A stretch of DNA of 63,815 bases, counting the filler, from Ionaspis alba (taxonomy: Eukaryota): the NCBI GenBank assembly GCA_964255285.1. It is 17 parts of 17 records of this genome, joined end to end, with 100 filler letters (N's around TTAATTAATTAA, not from the genome) between each part and the next. Parts side by side here need not be neighbours in the genome. Positions count along the whole stretch, not along the records: positions 11,516 to 15,243 come from CAXUUL010001175.1; positions 15,344 to 19,063 come from CAXUUL010001176.1; positions 19,164 to 22,863 come from CAXUUL010001177.1; positions 22,964 to 26,662 come from CAXUUL010001178.1; 13 more parts are not named here. One strand, written 5' to 3'. A program made the translations under genes and the position numbers. This document shows, piece after piece, positions 12,257 to 24,280 of the stretch (the stretch's first letter is position 1; each line of letters starts with the position of its first letter). Under the pieces are notes generated by a model. The model was not told the origin of the DNA, searched no databases, and saw only the letters and a program-made list of their open reading frames with translations.

Positions 12257-14409
12257 ATGCCAGCAACTGCAAATCGCCGCAGTGCGCGCAAGCGGGAAGC
12301 GACCTCGCGGAAACTGTCCAATGAACAAGCCGTCGAAGCTTCTCCGTCTCGTCCTGCAAAGAGACGTAAAGTATGTTTTCTCTTCTTTCCCCTACCAGGG
12401 GACTTTGCTAATATGTTTGACAGCAGACACGGGCGGCCGCCGCGCCTCCTCCAGAACCTGAGGTCAACGATGATGAATCTTCCGACGTGCCAGACAACCC
12501 ATCGCTCACTGAGGCTGCCGACGAGATCATCCCATACCTAGCAGAAGCAAGCTACTCGGTTATCGCGTCACTTGAATACCCCAACAATGCCAACCAGAAT
12601 CCCGAGGGCACCATCAGCGCTTTTGCAAAGATTGCAGGGAAAACATGGTCATACTATGTCAAGGATCCCAGCATCAATATCGGCCGCTCTCCAGATGGGT
12701 CGACACGTCAGAGTATAGAGAATGGAGGACGATCCAGCCCGACGCAAGGAACAGACGAACAGATCGTTGCCCACATTGATCTTGGTCCGAGCAAGTTGGT
12801 TTCACGACAACATGCAGCTCTGTTCTTCGAGGCTAGTGATGAGAGATGGCACGTCTTGGTTCATGGACGCAACGGAGTCAAGCTCAACGATACCCTACTG
12901 CGCAAAGGTCAATCATCACACCTGACCAGCGGAGATGTTCTTGAGATTGCAGGCACAGAGATGATCTTTGTTTCGCCAGATGTCGATGCCGTTGTCCATC
13001 CGAAGTACCGAGCTCGTCTCGAAGAGCCAGCCAAAGAGGAAGTGCAAGATCACTGGACTACTCAAGCGCATGCCCATCCAGATGTCCCGATCAATGTTCA
13101 AATGCCAATGTCTCAACCCATGGGTATGGCTCCTCACCCTTACTCAAATGGCCAGCCGATCATCGCACCTGCTCCTCCTAACTTTGCGAGGCCCACTACG
13201 CCCACGAAAAACGTGTCGAAGGATCTCTTACCAGCTACCTCTTCGGCTTATGGGCAAAGCATCATGATGGAGACGAGCGAAGATATCGACTACTCATCGG
13301 ATGCCATGAAGGAACACAAACCTCCTTGCAGTTATGCCACCTTGATCAGTCAGGCAATTCTTGCTGCTCCTGATGAGAAGCAGGCTTTGAACGGCATCTA
13401 TGAATTCATCAAAAGCAAGTTTTCGTACTATCGCCACATGGACGGTGGCTGGCAGAACTCCATTCGCCACAACCTGTCCCTAAACCCAGCTTTCCAGAAG
13501 ATTGCAAGAGAGTCTCACGAGCCCGGAAAAGGTAGTAAGTGGTACATAACCGCGGACCGAATTGAGGAATTCAAGAGGAATGGTTTCAAAACCACTAGCC
13601 GCGGTGGTGCTCGTCGCGTCTCCAACCCCAACTCACCAGCACCAAAAGTCAAGAGTCCTCGAAAAATGTCACCAAAAGACGGGAACCCCAACCCACCTTT
13701 CAAAACCTCACCAATTGCCGAGAGCTCATCTCTCAACGCGTACCCTCCCATCAGTGCAGATTCCTACACCCCAACTCGCGGAGCTCGCGTCTCAGCTCTG
13801 AGTGAACATCCAGGCGAAACACTCCCTCAATTCTCCGATGATGCCTCACCGATGCCAAACCGCTCTGCCTACCTCTCGAACGCCGCAGCTGCCGGTAACG
13901 AGCCCACCCTGTCCTCGTCCGCCTACTACGACGACCAGCACCCAGGCTATGCCCTTTACACACCAGCCCCTCAACGCCGCGAGCCCAAGGTCATTCCTCC
14001 CAGCACTGCCAAGCTTCCTAGCACGTGGCTCCCTCAGAGCAGCCCAGCACCCTTCTGGAAGCAAGATCTTGGAAGCACTCCTGCACGCTTTCCCGAGTCA
14101 AGCCCTTTGAAGGCAAACAACTATGCTCCAGCCTTGCAGTCAAGCAGCCCTCCTCCTGTCGCTAGTGGAAGTCCTACTCGTGCGAGGAATGTGCCTGCTG
14201 ATGCGGGGATGAATGGCCAGCCTAGAACGCAAGGCTTGGGCATCAGTGGACCGATTCGTGGGGATGAGGAGGAGGATGAGGATGCGCAGTTGGATCTTAT
14301 GCGGTATGTTCCCTATCATACTGTGTGATCTATTTTGTCATACTGACTGAGGACCAGGACTGAGTTTCCCAAGATTGGCGACCGCAGAGTCAGCAACGCT
14401 GCTCACTAG
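12257..14409 (+). CDS. FKH2: FHA + forkhead transcription factor (Fkh1/Fkh2 type), 3 exons
   Basis: FHA domain (AFAKIAGKTWSYYVK...IDLGPSKLVSRQHA...GRNGV) and forkhead domain (KPPCSYATLISQAIL...WQNSIRHNLSLN...GKGSKW). Introns at about 12371-12426 and 14304-14357; stop TAG at 14407-14409. Confidence 0.9.
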
Positions 14410-15116
14410 CTTTCTTGATACACGTACTCGCCATGACCCATGCTCACTACATTGGTCAATGGCTTCCTGTACCTTTTGTGTATCATATGATTGCATCTCC
14501 CTCTGATCCATGCGGATCTTTGCCAAAAGTACTTGGTACATTTGCGCAGCATTACTTTACTTTGTGCCCTCTGCTGTCTGTCCGCAACGGATAGACACTT
14601 GAATGGGGATTTGTTTTCTCGATCGGCATGCATTCGTGCGAGGATTGTGATGATATTGCTTGGTGGAAAACTTGACTACTCGTGGATGGATGGCTTCTTT
14701 TGCTGGCCGGACGTCCTGCTTGCCTTAGGAGGTGATTGCTTGGACGAGATGATATGAAAGTCTTCATGTGTCTTTGTATTGTAGGTTGTGTTTGCAGAAA
14801 ATGAAATTGCTCTTTTTGCTCAATACATGTGTTTTTGTTGACAATATGTGTAAACTTATGCCGGTGGAAGGCGTCGACTCTATTTATTATCGTAAGAAGG
14901 TGGCGTCTACATATCCCGGAGTCATGTAACATGCTGTCCAACCGGTCTAGTGCATTGTACATGCGTAGATGTGTATTCATGACGGGCACTGCCTCTACCG
15001 CATGATTATTCTGGAAATGGTTTTCATACAACACTCGTAGATCCCAAGGTCTCATTCAAAAACTCCATTATCTATCATGCACAGCAATAAAAGGTCGCCT
15101 CGCACTTCACCCGCCT

Positions 15117-15243
15117 CCACCAACACCATAACAACCTCACTCCAGCCTCTTCACTTTCCCCCTCGTCCTCCTCCCTCTAACATCCCTCCCCTCCTCCACC
15201 GCCAAAAGCACCTCCCTCTTCCGAACCCCCACATCCCTCAGCC
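15117..15243 (-). CDS. 3' fragment of an unidentified gene truncated by the contig end
   Basis: Open frame ...LRDVGVRKREVLLAVEEGRDVRGRRTRGKVKRLE* with the G-rich codon usage seen at other 3' ends in this window. No family recognised; boundaries approximate. Confidence 0.3.
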
Positions 15244-15343
15244 NNNNNNNNNNNNNNNNNNNNNNNNNNNNNNNNNNNNNNNNNNNNTTAATTAATTAAN
15301 NNNNNNNNNNNNNNNNNNNNNNNNNNNNNNNNNNNNNNNNNNN

Positions 15344-16416
15344 TTCCTTATAGTGGAGAGTTGGAATGTGAAACCCAAATATGCCGGCGAGGATATTATA
15401 CGTTGATACTGAGGGTCATCCTCGTTCCACGTGTACAGCCCGATGCCAGCTTGCCAAGTCAATGGTAAATAAGCCGCGATAGCCTCGCATGTTCCAAAGG
15501 GCAAGTAAATGTATGGCACAGTTGGATTGACAATGACTGGTACTGTGATGTTACCGTCGGCATGAAAAAGGCTTCCACCAATGGATAAATTGAAGGGACT
15601 GCCCCCTATGACCATTCCGATCGTGATATCAAAGAGCGTCGCAATTGGTACGCCACCTGTATTTGTTGTGTCAAACGTTCCAACAGGTCCAAGAACACGG
15701 CTTTGATCAAACCCTCCGAATACGAGAGAACCTTTCTGACCTTGAAGTACAGATCCGATATGCAAGCCCCAAGAATTAGATAGAGTGGTGCCATGTTGCC
15801 TCAACCAGCCAGGGATCAAGTTCGTCACAAGAGTACTATTATTGTTGGGATAGAACCGCTGAACAAAATCAGTTGCACCAAGTGAAAGATAGCCGACTTG
15901 TGTGGGATAGTAAGTGTTGTCTGGTAGTCTAACATGGGAAAACTTAGCCGCAGCAATTATGCTTTGCGGAATAGAGTATGGAGTTCCAAGCGAAGTGATA
16001 GTGACCGTATCCAAAAGTGTATTGGCTATCCCTGAGAGATTCATAGCTTTTTGGCCATCCCATTGATCAACGCCGACCTCCGCTGGCCATGATTTAGTAT
16101 CGGCAGTCGACGAGTCTGAGGGGCTGTACAATCCCGCAGCTGAAGCCGGACACGACGTCGTTGAGGAGTTGCATACCGCGTTCGTAAGGATAGTATGTCC
16201 CCACCAACCTCCAGGATAGAGATTGACGGTGTTATTGAGAGAGTTCGCTGCGGACGGCCCCATCTTGGTCCCAACACTGATGGAGACCGCCTGCCATGGC
16301 CCATCGGGGCCAAAGAATGCCACAGTATTCCAATCCACTTGGAATGGCTCTGGACTTGAGATTACATGGGACAGGTAGCCGAGAACAATCACACTCGATT
16401 TTGGAAGAAGGCGCAT
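15344..16416 (-). CDS. Secreted pepsin-fold (peptidase A1-like) protein, probably catalytically inactive; 3'-truncated
   Basis: Signal peptide; FGPDGPWQAVSISVG, SNSWGLHIGS, GSLVFGGFDQSR and PYIYLP match the fungal A1-like family. The positions of the catalytic DT/SG motifs read NLYPGG and VNPTV. Confidence 0.78.
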
Positions 16417-17564
16417 GGCGGTCTCGAAAACAGAAAGAATTCACGGTCAGTTGCAATCGAACGCTATAGACATGAGATTTGTGACGAGCAGAACGAGTGT
16501 GGAAGGCGTTTCAGAAAATCGTAAAGTAGAGCGGCTGCCTTAGTATTACAGTGATCGGACGAAGAGTTCTTAGGAGGTGCGTTTGCCGCACAGTCACACA
16601 CCATCATGCTCAAACCCTGTATGTCAGATCAAGTAAAATCTCCGACTGAGTCGGTCTGGCGGCGAGGAAAGGGATGAGGCTGAAGAAATCAAAAACAACG
16701 AGTTACACACAGTGGCACAGCAACACCAAGGTCCTGCGAGAAACGTTCCGCTGTCACAGGACCTCGGGAACATGATGATTCAATAACTGGTTAGCCTTGA
16801 CGAAAAAGACATTAAGCAGTAGAAAACGGGGTGCGTCTCATCAGGGGAGAAGGCAGAAAGAAGGCACGGCGAAAACGGTGTGCTGTGGTTAGAGGTATCG
16901 TTCATGCCATGTAACAAATCTCATGCGCATCGACGATCTTGAACCTGAATGAATAGGAGCTCACAGCCACATTTGCAGGGCTTTGGATTCGCACCCATCA
17001 ATAAAGATCACATTCGTCGTCTGTGATTGCCCACACAATACTCAACTCAAACTTGAATGATTTTAATCAGGACAGCTTGGTGCGCATCGCCCGCTCACCA
17101 TGCAGCGCAAGCGCCAGACCTGACCAATCAAGTTCAGTTGCAATGAACTCTCTTGGAGTCCTCCAATCAATCGCACAAGCATGCGCAGTCAGCCTTGTCT
17201 CTAGACAAACGCTCAGGGTAAATATGAGTAGCTTTTTGTGCGAGCTGGTATCTGTGACCTTGAGGCAATGCGCGTTGATGATGGCTCGCACTTCCTATGT
17301 CGTTACCGTCGTCAGAAGCCTTGATGGGAGCAATTCCTTCCACCACTGTGAGCCTGTCGTACAGTCTATTAGTCCAATGAACAGATTTCACTTCGACTAC
17401 TGATCGCGATTCGGAACTGAAAATCAGGCACTCCTTTGATAAGTGAAGAATGTTGTGTAAGGTAAGCCGAAGTAACACTCGAGGTGACCACCAAGATGAT
17501 ATGCCAACGAGAGCCCTAGTAGGGTTTCAGGCCATTTGGCAGTTGGTTATGGAAGAGAATTTGG

Positions 17565-18906
17565 TCAAACATTAAGATCGCAGACTTCCTTCCGTCATCT
17601 CTTAAAGTCCTGATAGAGTCCGTACCAGATGTCTCGTTCGATACAAGTTTCATTGTAGCATTTGGGTCCATGAGCTTCAAGAGTTGCGGGACTTGCTGCT
17701 TGACAAGGCTAGAAGACAGAGTATGTAAGCAGAGAAGCCCTGACGAGCGATGTAGCAGCAACAGCGGCGTGAGTAACGATCGCAAAGGAGTAGATGTGAG
17801 ACGAACAAGGGGCTAGATAGAAGGAACATAGCTCAAATGACTCGTCGGAGGGGACAAACAACTAGTGAATACTAACATAGAGTATGGGAAGATGTAGTGG
17901 GTAAAAGCGCTTATGAACATTCTACCATATCTTTGGAATTGGCCAGTCGGAAAATGTACAATTTTGGCATCTTTCAAGACCTTCGCCGGTTCCCACATCT
18001 CATCCGGACTTCCTGTAAACAGTGAATGATCCCTGGGACCGTTGTTGAGTTCCCCGGTCAGAAGGGCATATTGTCGGTGCGGAAGAACCGTGGCACTACC
18101 AAAATAAAGATCGTTGAGGACGTTTATGTCAAGTTTCTAGGCGTTCGCTTCTTTGGCTGCGTGCATCAGTCTGGCAAAATCTGTCGCATTGGTCTCCAAC
18201 AACAGGAGTAGCGAAGTTAGCTCATGCCCTTTGTCCCATTTCCAGTAGGCTCGAGGCATTGTGACGGGTGACGGAGGTAATTGGAACAGTTCGTCGAGGC
18301 ATTGCAGAACTGTAGTGTCCGAGTCCAGGCTGAGAACTCGGTTGTACTGGGTCTGGTTCATGGCGAGTAACTTAGTGTAGCTTTCGGTCCATGTCGCTTT
18401 GGACATTAGATTACTTTCACTATTGGACTTGAGAACTCACGATCTCCACTGGATTTCGATTGAACTTGAATTGGCTGAAGATAAGCACCGTATCTATCAC
18501 GTGCTAGCTGGAGAAGGCGAGTCTCATCATTCAACACTTGATCGGCATTGACCGTGGTCGTCCAAGTCTCAGGATATAGCATGAGTCGTTCTGGGCGACA
18601 CTTGAGGCGATCTAGTATCTCGAAGAGCATGAGTGAGTTGCAAAGGTACTGTTCATAGGTAACATATTGCACACAGGCGAATCGTGTCCAGTCGACGCTG
18701 TCAGCGATCTTATCGAGGGCCTCCGCATTGCTGGTGATGAGGCAATGCGAAGATGATGGCCAGGAATGAAGTTGTGTCAATATGATACCTAGGAATAACA
18801 GCAGGCCACAAAAGACGGCAATTGCACGAAGCTTCTGAGAATTCAAATTGAGCCTCATATGTGTCTTCTCTCTGACCAACCCTTCTCGTTCGTAATGCTC
18901 GGCCAT
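17565..18906 (-). pseudogene. Decayed GT8 glycosyltransferase (GNT1-like alpha-N-acetylglucosaminyltransferase)
   Basis: Family motifs DWTRFACVQYVT, YLCNSLMLF, TWTESYTKLLAMNQTQYNRVLSLDSD and PRAYW are present. Lesions: in-frame TAG at 18137-18139, a 1-nt deletion in HFSDWP at about 17951-17954, a donor reading ATATGG at 17930, and in-frame TGA at 17595-17597 in QDFKR*RKEVC. Confidence 0.85.
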
Positions 18907-19163
18907 GGGGAGTATAAATACTATAGTTTGAGGTCATCATGGAATGTGAGATTAGAACGGTGGCTCCAGACCCGTGCTTTCAATGATTTGTGAAAAAGCT
19001 GTTGGAAGTGCCCTTTAGCGATACACCCTTCGACTGACATGGCTTGAAGGCTTAGATCCCTGGNNNNNNNNNNNNNNNNNNNNNNNNNNNNNNNNNNNNN
19101 NNNNNNNTTAATTAATTAANNNNNNNNNNNNNNNNNNNNNNNNNNNNNNNNNNNNNNNNNNNN

Positions 19164-19802
19164 CCCAATCCCTCCATGTCCTTCTGACCCTCGAACCTCT
19201 TGATCTCCTTCCCGTCTTTGTAGAGGACGAATGTAGGGAAGTTCTTAATTGAATGTGCTGAGCAAGTATCGCCCCATGCGATACAGTCGAGGGAGCCGAA
19301 ATGGAAGTTGTAATAGGGTTGGAAGGAATTCAAGGAGGATTTGGTATCTACAGGCTTTGTTGTGGAAGGGACGGGATTCGAGGTATAGTAGAATTCGTAG
19401 AGCGTCTGCCATGTGGGTGCTATGGCTATACAATGTGGACACCAAGGGGAGTAATGTTTCACAAACCTAAGATTTGGGCGTCAGTAAAGTCCTTGGATGC
19501 TCATCTCCTCTCGCCTGAGGTAGTCGAACATACCAGTAGCCTTCTTTTGCCTCCTTATCAAATGCATCTCCAGCAAAGTTCGTCATAGGAGGTACGGTAA
19601 TCCCGTTGAAGGTTGTCGGCGCGTCCTCATCGTCTGCAGTAGGCTTCTCCGCCTTTGCTGGCTTTTCTGCCGGCGCTTTCTTGGGTGTTCCTAATACATC
19701 CTCTTCTACGTTCGCAAGTTGCGGGGTTTCAGGAGAGGGTGCTCCCCATGCTGGCAGTGCCAGCAGCAGCGGCAGAAGTAGTTTGGGGAATAGCGAGCGC
19801 AT
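19164..19802 (-). CDS. EPS1: ER protein disulfide-isomerase-related thioredoxin protein (Eps1 type), 3'-truncated
   Basis: Signal peptide MRSLFPKLLLPLLLALPAWG; PTTFNGITVPPM; an intron after EGYW, then FVKHYSPWCPHCIAIAPTWQTLYEFYYTS...LDCIAWGDTC (CPHC active site). Confidence 0.85.
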
Positions 19803-20219
19803 TGTGAGAGATGTCCAAAGCTTTTCGTATGGTAAGGAACAGTGCTGTTGGTAGGGAGGATCGGATCGTGGGACGTCGAGAGCTGGATTATGCGCCTTCA
19901 AGGGCGCAGCACCAAGTCCTTGTGTTCAGGATGGAAGAAGACTTGGACAGCTTGGGACTTCACACTCTCTGGAGGGCTTCATTAGTAGTGCGGTGGTAAC
20001 GAGCGACGGTTGTTATAGACACCATGGACTTGCGGAAGAAGAGATTCTTTATGGCCGTGATCCCTTCACGTGTCCCAACGCAGTAAGCCTGGGATTGGCG
20101 AGTGTCACCCCTGCCGCTGGCCTCGTCTCGTTTAATATTCTTGCCAGTCTTTAGACGTTACATTTGTCCTCCAGGCCATGAGTCCATGAGAGATGAATGA
20201 AGCTATCAAGTCTGTGATC

Positions 20220-22188
20220 ATGGCTGATCAGCCTACAAGCAAACGGCGTAGACTGAATGATGAATTCGGAGCTGGACGTACGAGTTCCTTAGGAGCAGAT
20301 GAACCAGATTCAAGCTTGTTGTCAGTCCCAATTAGCCCTCCTCATGTCCAGCGGACTGAGAAGCTTTCTATGAATGAGTTAGATAATGTTGAATCGTCCT
20401 CATCTCATCACACTACTTCTAAGCAGAAAGATCCCGTTTTGGACAATGATTACATCTCCTCTCCCCTTCAACTTTCTCGTGTTGAAGGTCTTTCTAATGC
20501 CAACAATCTTGATACTGTAAGTCTGAGAGATATTGTTGGAGATCCTCTTATCAAAGAATGCTGGGCTTTCAACTACCTGATAGACGTCGACTTTTTCATG
20601 TGAGCATCGTTGATGGATAGCGTGCTCTTCGATCGCTGACTCTGACCTAGGAGCAAGTTCGACGAGGACGTACAAGAAGTTGTTCAAGTGAAAGTGGTTC
20701 ATGGGTCGTGGAAACGAGAGGATTCGAACAAGATACGCATCGAGGTATGATCGATCTAGATCCCTTGTTCATCAAGAGCTTTCCACTCATTTACTGTTGA
20801 CTTTAAAGGAAGCTGCAAGTCGACGTGGCAATGTTCAGGCCATCACAGCTTATATGCCAGAGGCATTTGGGACTCATCATTCGAAGATGATCATCCTCTT
20901 TCGTCATGATGATCTAGCACAGTAAGTTTCCCCAATGCCATGTCTTTCGCATTAAATTTGTCTACAAGTGAAGAAACACCGGAATTTTGAAGCATAAATA
21001 CTACTACTGCCGAGCTATCTGGGATATACTGATGCATAATGCCACCATAGAGTGATCATATTCACGGCCAACCTAGTGTCTGGCGACTGGCGAATGTGTC
21101 AAGCAGTATGGCGATCTCCGCTTTTACCATTACATTCAGCGCCCGATGTTTCCGAAGATATGACACAGCTTCCCTCCATCGGCAGTGGTTCAAGGTTCAA
21201 ACATGATCTCCTAGCATACCTTGGCGCATACGGCTCAAAACTCAAGTTGCTCGCAACTCAATTGCAGAAGTACGACTTCAGTGCGGTTCGAGCTGCACTG
21301 GTTTCGAGTACTCCAACTCGTCAAAACCTAAGGAGCACAGACCCTGAACGTGAAACATTGTGGGGATGGTCAGGATTGAAGAACGTTCTTCGCCACATAC
21401 CAGCTCGCTCTTCATCACAGCCATATATTGTCATGCAAGTCTCTTCTGTTGCAAGTCTTGGTAAAGGAGATGCATGGTTGCGCGGCACATTCCTAGAGGC
21501 GCTATCGGCCACTAGTTCGACTCCGAAGTCGAGACTCAAGTTCTCCCTCGTCTTTCCAACCGCAGACGAGATCCGACGATCATTGGACGGATATGCCTCA
21601 GGAGGCTCAATACACATGAAAACGCAGAGTGAAGCTCAAGCGAAGCAATTAAGTATCCTTCGACCAATGCTTTGTCATTGGGCAGGAGATAGCGATATTC
21701 AAGCACCATCAACAGCCTCCACGTCCTCGTCCAGGAATCCTATTAGGGAAGCCGGAAGGAGGAGAGCAGCACCGCATATCAAGACTTATATTCGTTTCAC
21801 CGATGAGTCCATGACGAGCATCGATTGGGCTATGGTCACCTCTGCTAATCTGTCGACCCAGGCATGGGGATCGGCTGTAAATTCCTTGGGCGAGGTCCGT
21901 ATTTGTAGCTACGAAATCGGGGTTCTTGTCTGGCCGGCTCTATGGGACAATGACGGAGGTAAAGACAATTCTGACATGGTACCGGTGTTCAGAGAGGACA
22001 CGCCTAAGGATATAAAGGGGATATCCAGACAAGTCGATGATGGGAAGAAAAGGAGCATTGGCCTGCGTATGCCTTATGATCTGCCTCTTGTGCCATATGC
22101 GAAAGATGAGATGCCCTGGTGTGCGACAGAGCCTGATTCCACCCCGGACTGGATGGGAAGAGCTTGGCCTGGATTTGGGGCGCGTTGA
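20220..22188 (+). CDS. TDP1: Tyrosyl-DNA phosphodiesterase 1, multi-exon
   Basis: Two HKD-like motifs, FGTHHSKM and AAPHIKTY, plus TSANLSTQAWG and SYEIGVL. Introns at about 20600-20650, 20745-20808 and 20922-21051. An in-frame upstream ATG at 20193 is an alternative start. Confidence 0.94.
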
Positions 22189-22467
22189 GCATTAGCGTCT
22201 GGCAGCACTTATACTTCAAAGCGTGCATGAAAGAGTTTTGGAATGAACTACAACCACTTTCATACGAGATCATAATCGACAAGGGCTCATGGGTAATGAT
22301 GCAGTGGCGAATATATATTCGAGCGACTGGTCCCCAATCAGAGTAGTCATGCCTGTCACTTGATATAAGTTCAACACGCGAAGCCACTAACAGCCAATAA
22401 TCCAGCTCTTTCTACATCAGTATATAGATTCCCATCGTCTAATCTGATGTGTCCTTGCCACGCAAGC

Positions 22468-22863
22468 TTAAACCTTCTTGTTGGGATCGTACTTGTACTT
22501 CGATTTGAGCTGCTCCACAAGGGCAACATATCGTTTTTGCGCAACCTCCGGCTTAACACCCTCGTCGTGCATCTTCTTCCAGGAGGCTAGCTTAGCTTTA
22601 CCCTAATATTGAGGAGTATCATCAGTGATTCCTTCTTCGAGCTACTACCAATGGCACGCGGGCCAACTCACGGCGAAATCGAATGTTCCGGGTTGCTTCG
22701 CGGTGGCAATGTTCTCTGAATAGCCCAGTTTGTACAATCCATAGAGCTGCTTGGATATCAGTACGAACCAGTCGTCGTTTTCAGCCGTTCTCACCTGCAG
22801 TTTTTCGTCATTTGAGGGATCTTCCGTTAGTTTCTTGACGTCGGTCGTAGCCTTCACGAAGGT
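22468..22863 (-). CDS. ACB1: Acyl-CoA-binding protein, 5'-truncated, 2 introns visible
   Basis: Spliced translation: TFVKATTDVKKLTEDPSNDEKLQ|LYGLYKLGYSENIATAKQPGTFDFA|GKAKLASWKKMHDEGVKPEVAQKRYVALVEQLKSKYKYDPNKKV*. Confidence 0.88.
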
Positions 22864-22963
22864 NNNNNNNNNNNNNNNNNNNNNNNNNNNNNNNNNNNNN
22901 NNNNNNNTTAATTAATTAANNNNNNNNNNNNNNNNNNNNNNNNNNNNNNNNNNNNNNNNNNNN

Positions 22964-23640
22964 CATCCCTCCCCTCCTACCCCGACACCCTCATCGCCAA
23001 AACCAAATCCTACGTCCGCACCTACATGTCCCAAGCCCACTTCGACGCCTCCCACGACTACGCGCACATCGAGCGCGTCCTCGCCCTCTCCCATCGCATC
23101 CTCGCCATCGAGCAAAAGGCCAACCCGTCCGTCTTCTACGACCCGACGATCGTGACGCTCGCGGCGCTGATGCACGATGTTGGAGACCACAAATACCAAT
23201 CCACGATCATCCTCCCGGGACAAGTCGACGACCCGACCACGCTGGTCAAGAAAACTCTCATCGACCTTGGCGCCCCACTCGAGCAGGCGCGGTACGTACA
23301 GACGATCGTGAAAGCCGTGTCGTACAGCCACGAGGTGCGGGATCCGGCACACGTGCGCGGCGTGTTGCTACAACATCCTGAACTGGCGATTGTGCAGGAT
23401 GCGGATCGATTGGATGCTATTGGGGCTGTTGGTATCGGGAGGGCGTTCTCTTATGGAGCTGTGAAAGGGAAGGGTGGGATGGAGGAGACTTTGGGACATT
23501 TTGGGGAGAAGTTGGAGAGGTTGGAGAGGATGATGAAGACGGCGGAGGGGAAGAGGTTGGCGAGGGAGAGGACGGAGAGGTTGAGGATTTTTAGGGAGTG
23601 GTGGGAGGAGGAGCGTGGAGTTTTGCGGAAGGGAGTGTGA
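22964..23640 (+). CDS. HD-domain metal-dependent phosphohydrolase (YedJ/YpgQ-like), probably 5'-truncated
   Basis: Motifs DASHDYAHIERV, LAALMHDVGDHKY, IVQDADRLDAIGAVGIGRAFSYG and HFGEKL...MKTAEGKRLARER. The frame is open to the contig start. Confidence 0.9.
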
Positions 23641-24280
23641 TGACTGGGCTAGGTGGATTTGCCTGGTCCATATGCGGAGCGTATGATCGTCACTACGGAA
23701 GCATCGATGCGTTATCTCGATGGGCTCGGGGACAATGACGAGCGCCAGGCCATTGCGAAGAGCGATGGCTATCCTAGCGACGAGCGACGAATACCGCCTG
23801 GGAGATGCTGGAGGTCCAGGTGTCGCTCTTCGGTCTCCATGTTTTAGGATCGTTCTGACTGTGTGCGTTGAAGGACTTGAGCCGGGTTCGAGCAGGACTC
23901 GCTCCATCCGCCACGGACGTCAAATAACGACTTGATCGCTGTGAGCATAGGTCGTTGCTTGCTATGTATCAATGGACTCTATTCAAACATACATGCTGGT
24001 ATACAGTCGATCATCTGCCGCAGATCGTCTCGCTGTCATTCATAGAGGAAATCTAGCACGATAGATAGTCTTCATCAATAGAGTTACTTTAACCTTCATA
24101 CTACATCTTGAAATTACCCAGAACGTGGATACACAATGGCTATTACTAAACAGAGGAGTTCTGATTTACATGATCCAATGGATGGCTCTTTTTTTGCACC
24201 GAGTACACATCGTTCTCATCCTGTGCCCTATGATATTCCTCATTGGTGCCTCGCCTCCTTCATCCCCATCCAGGATACCA

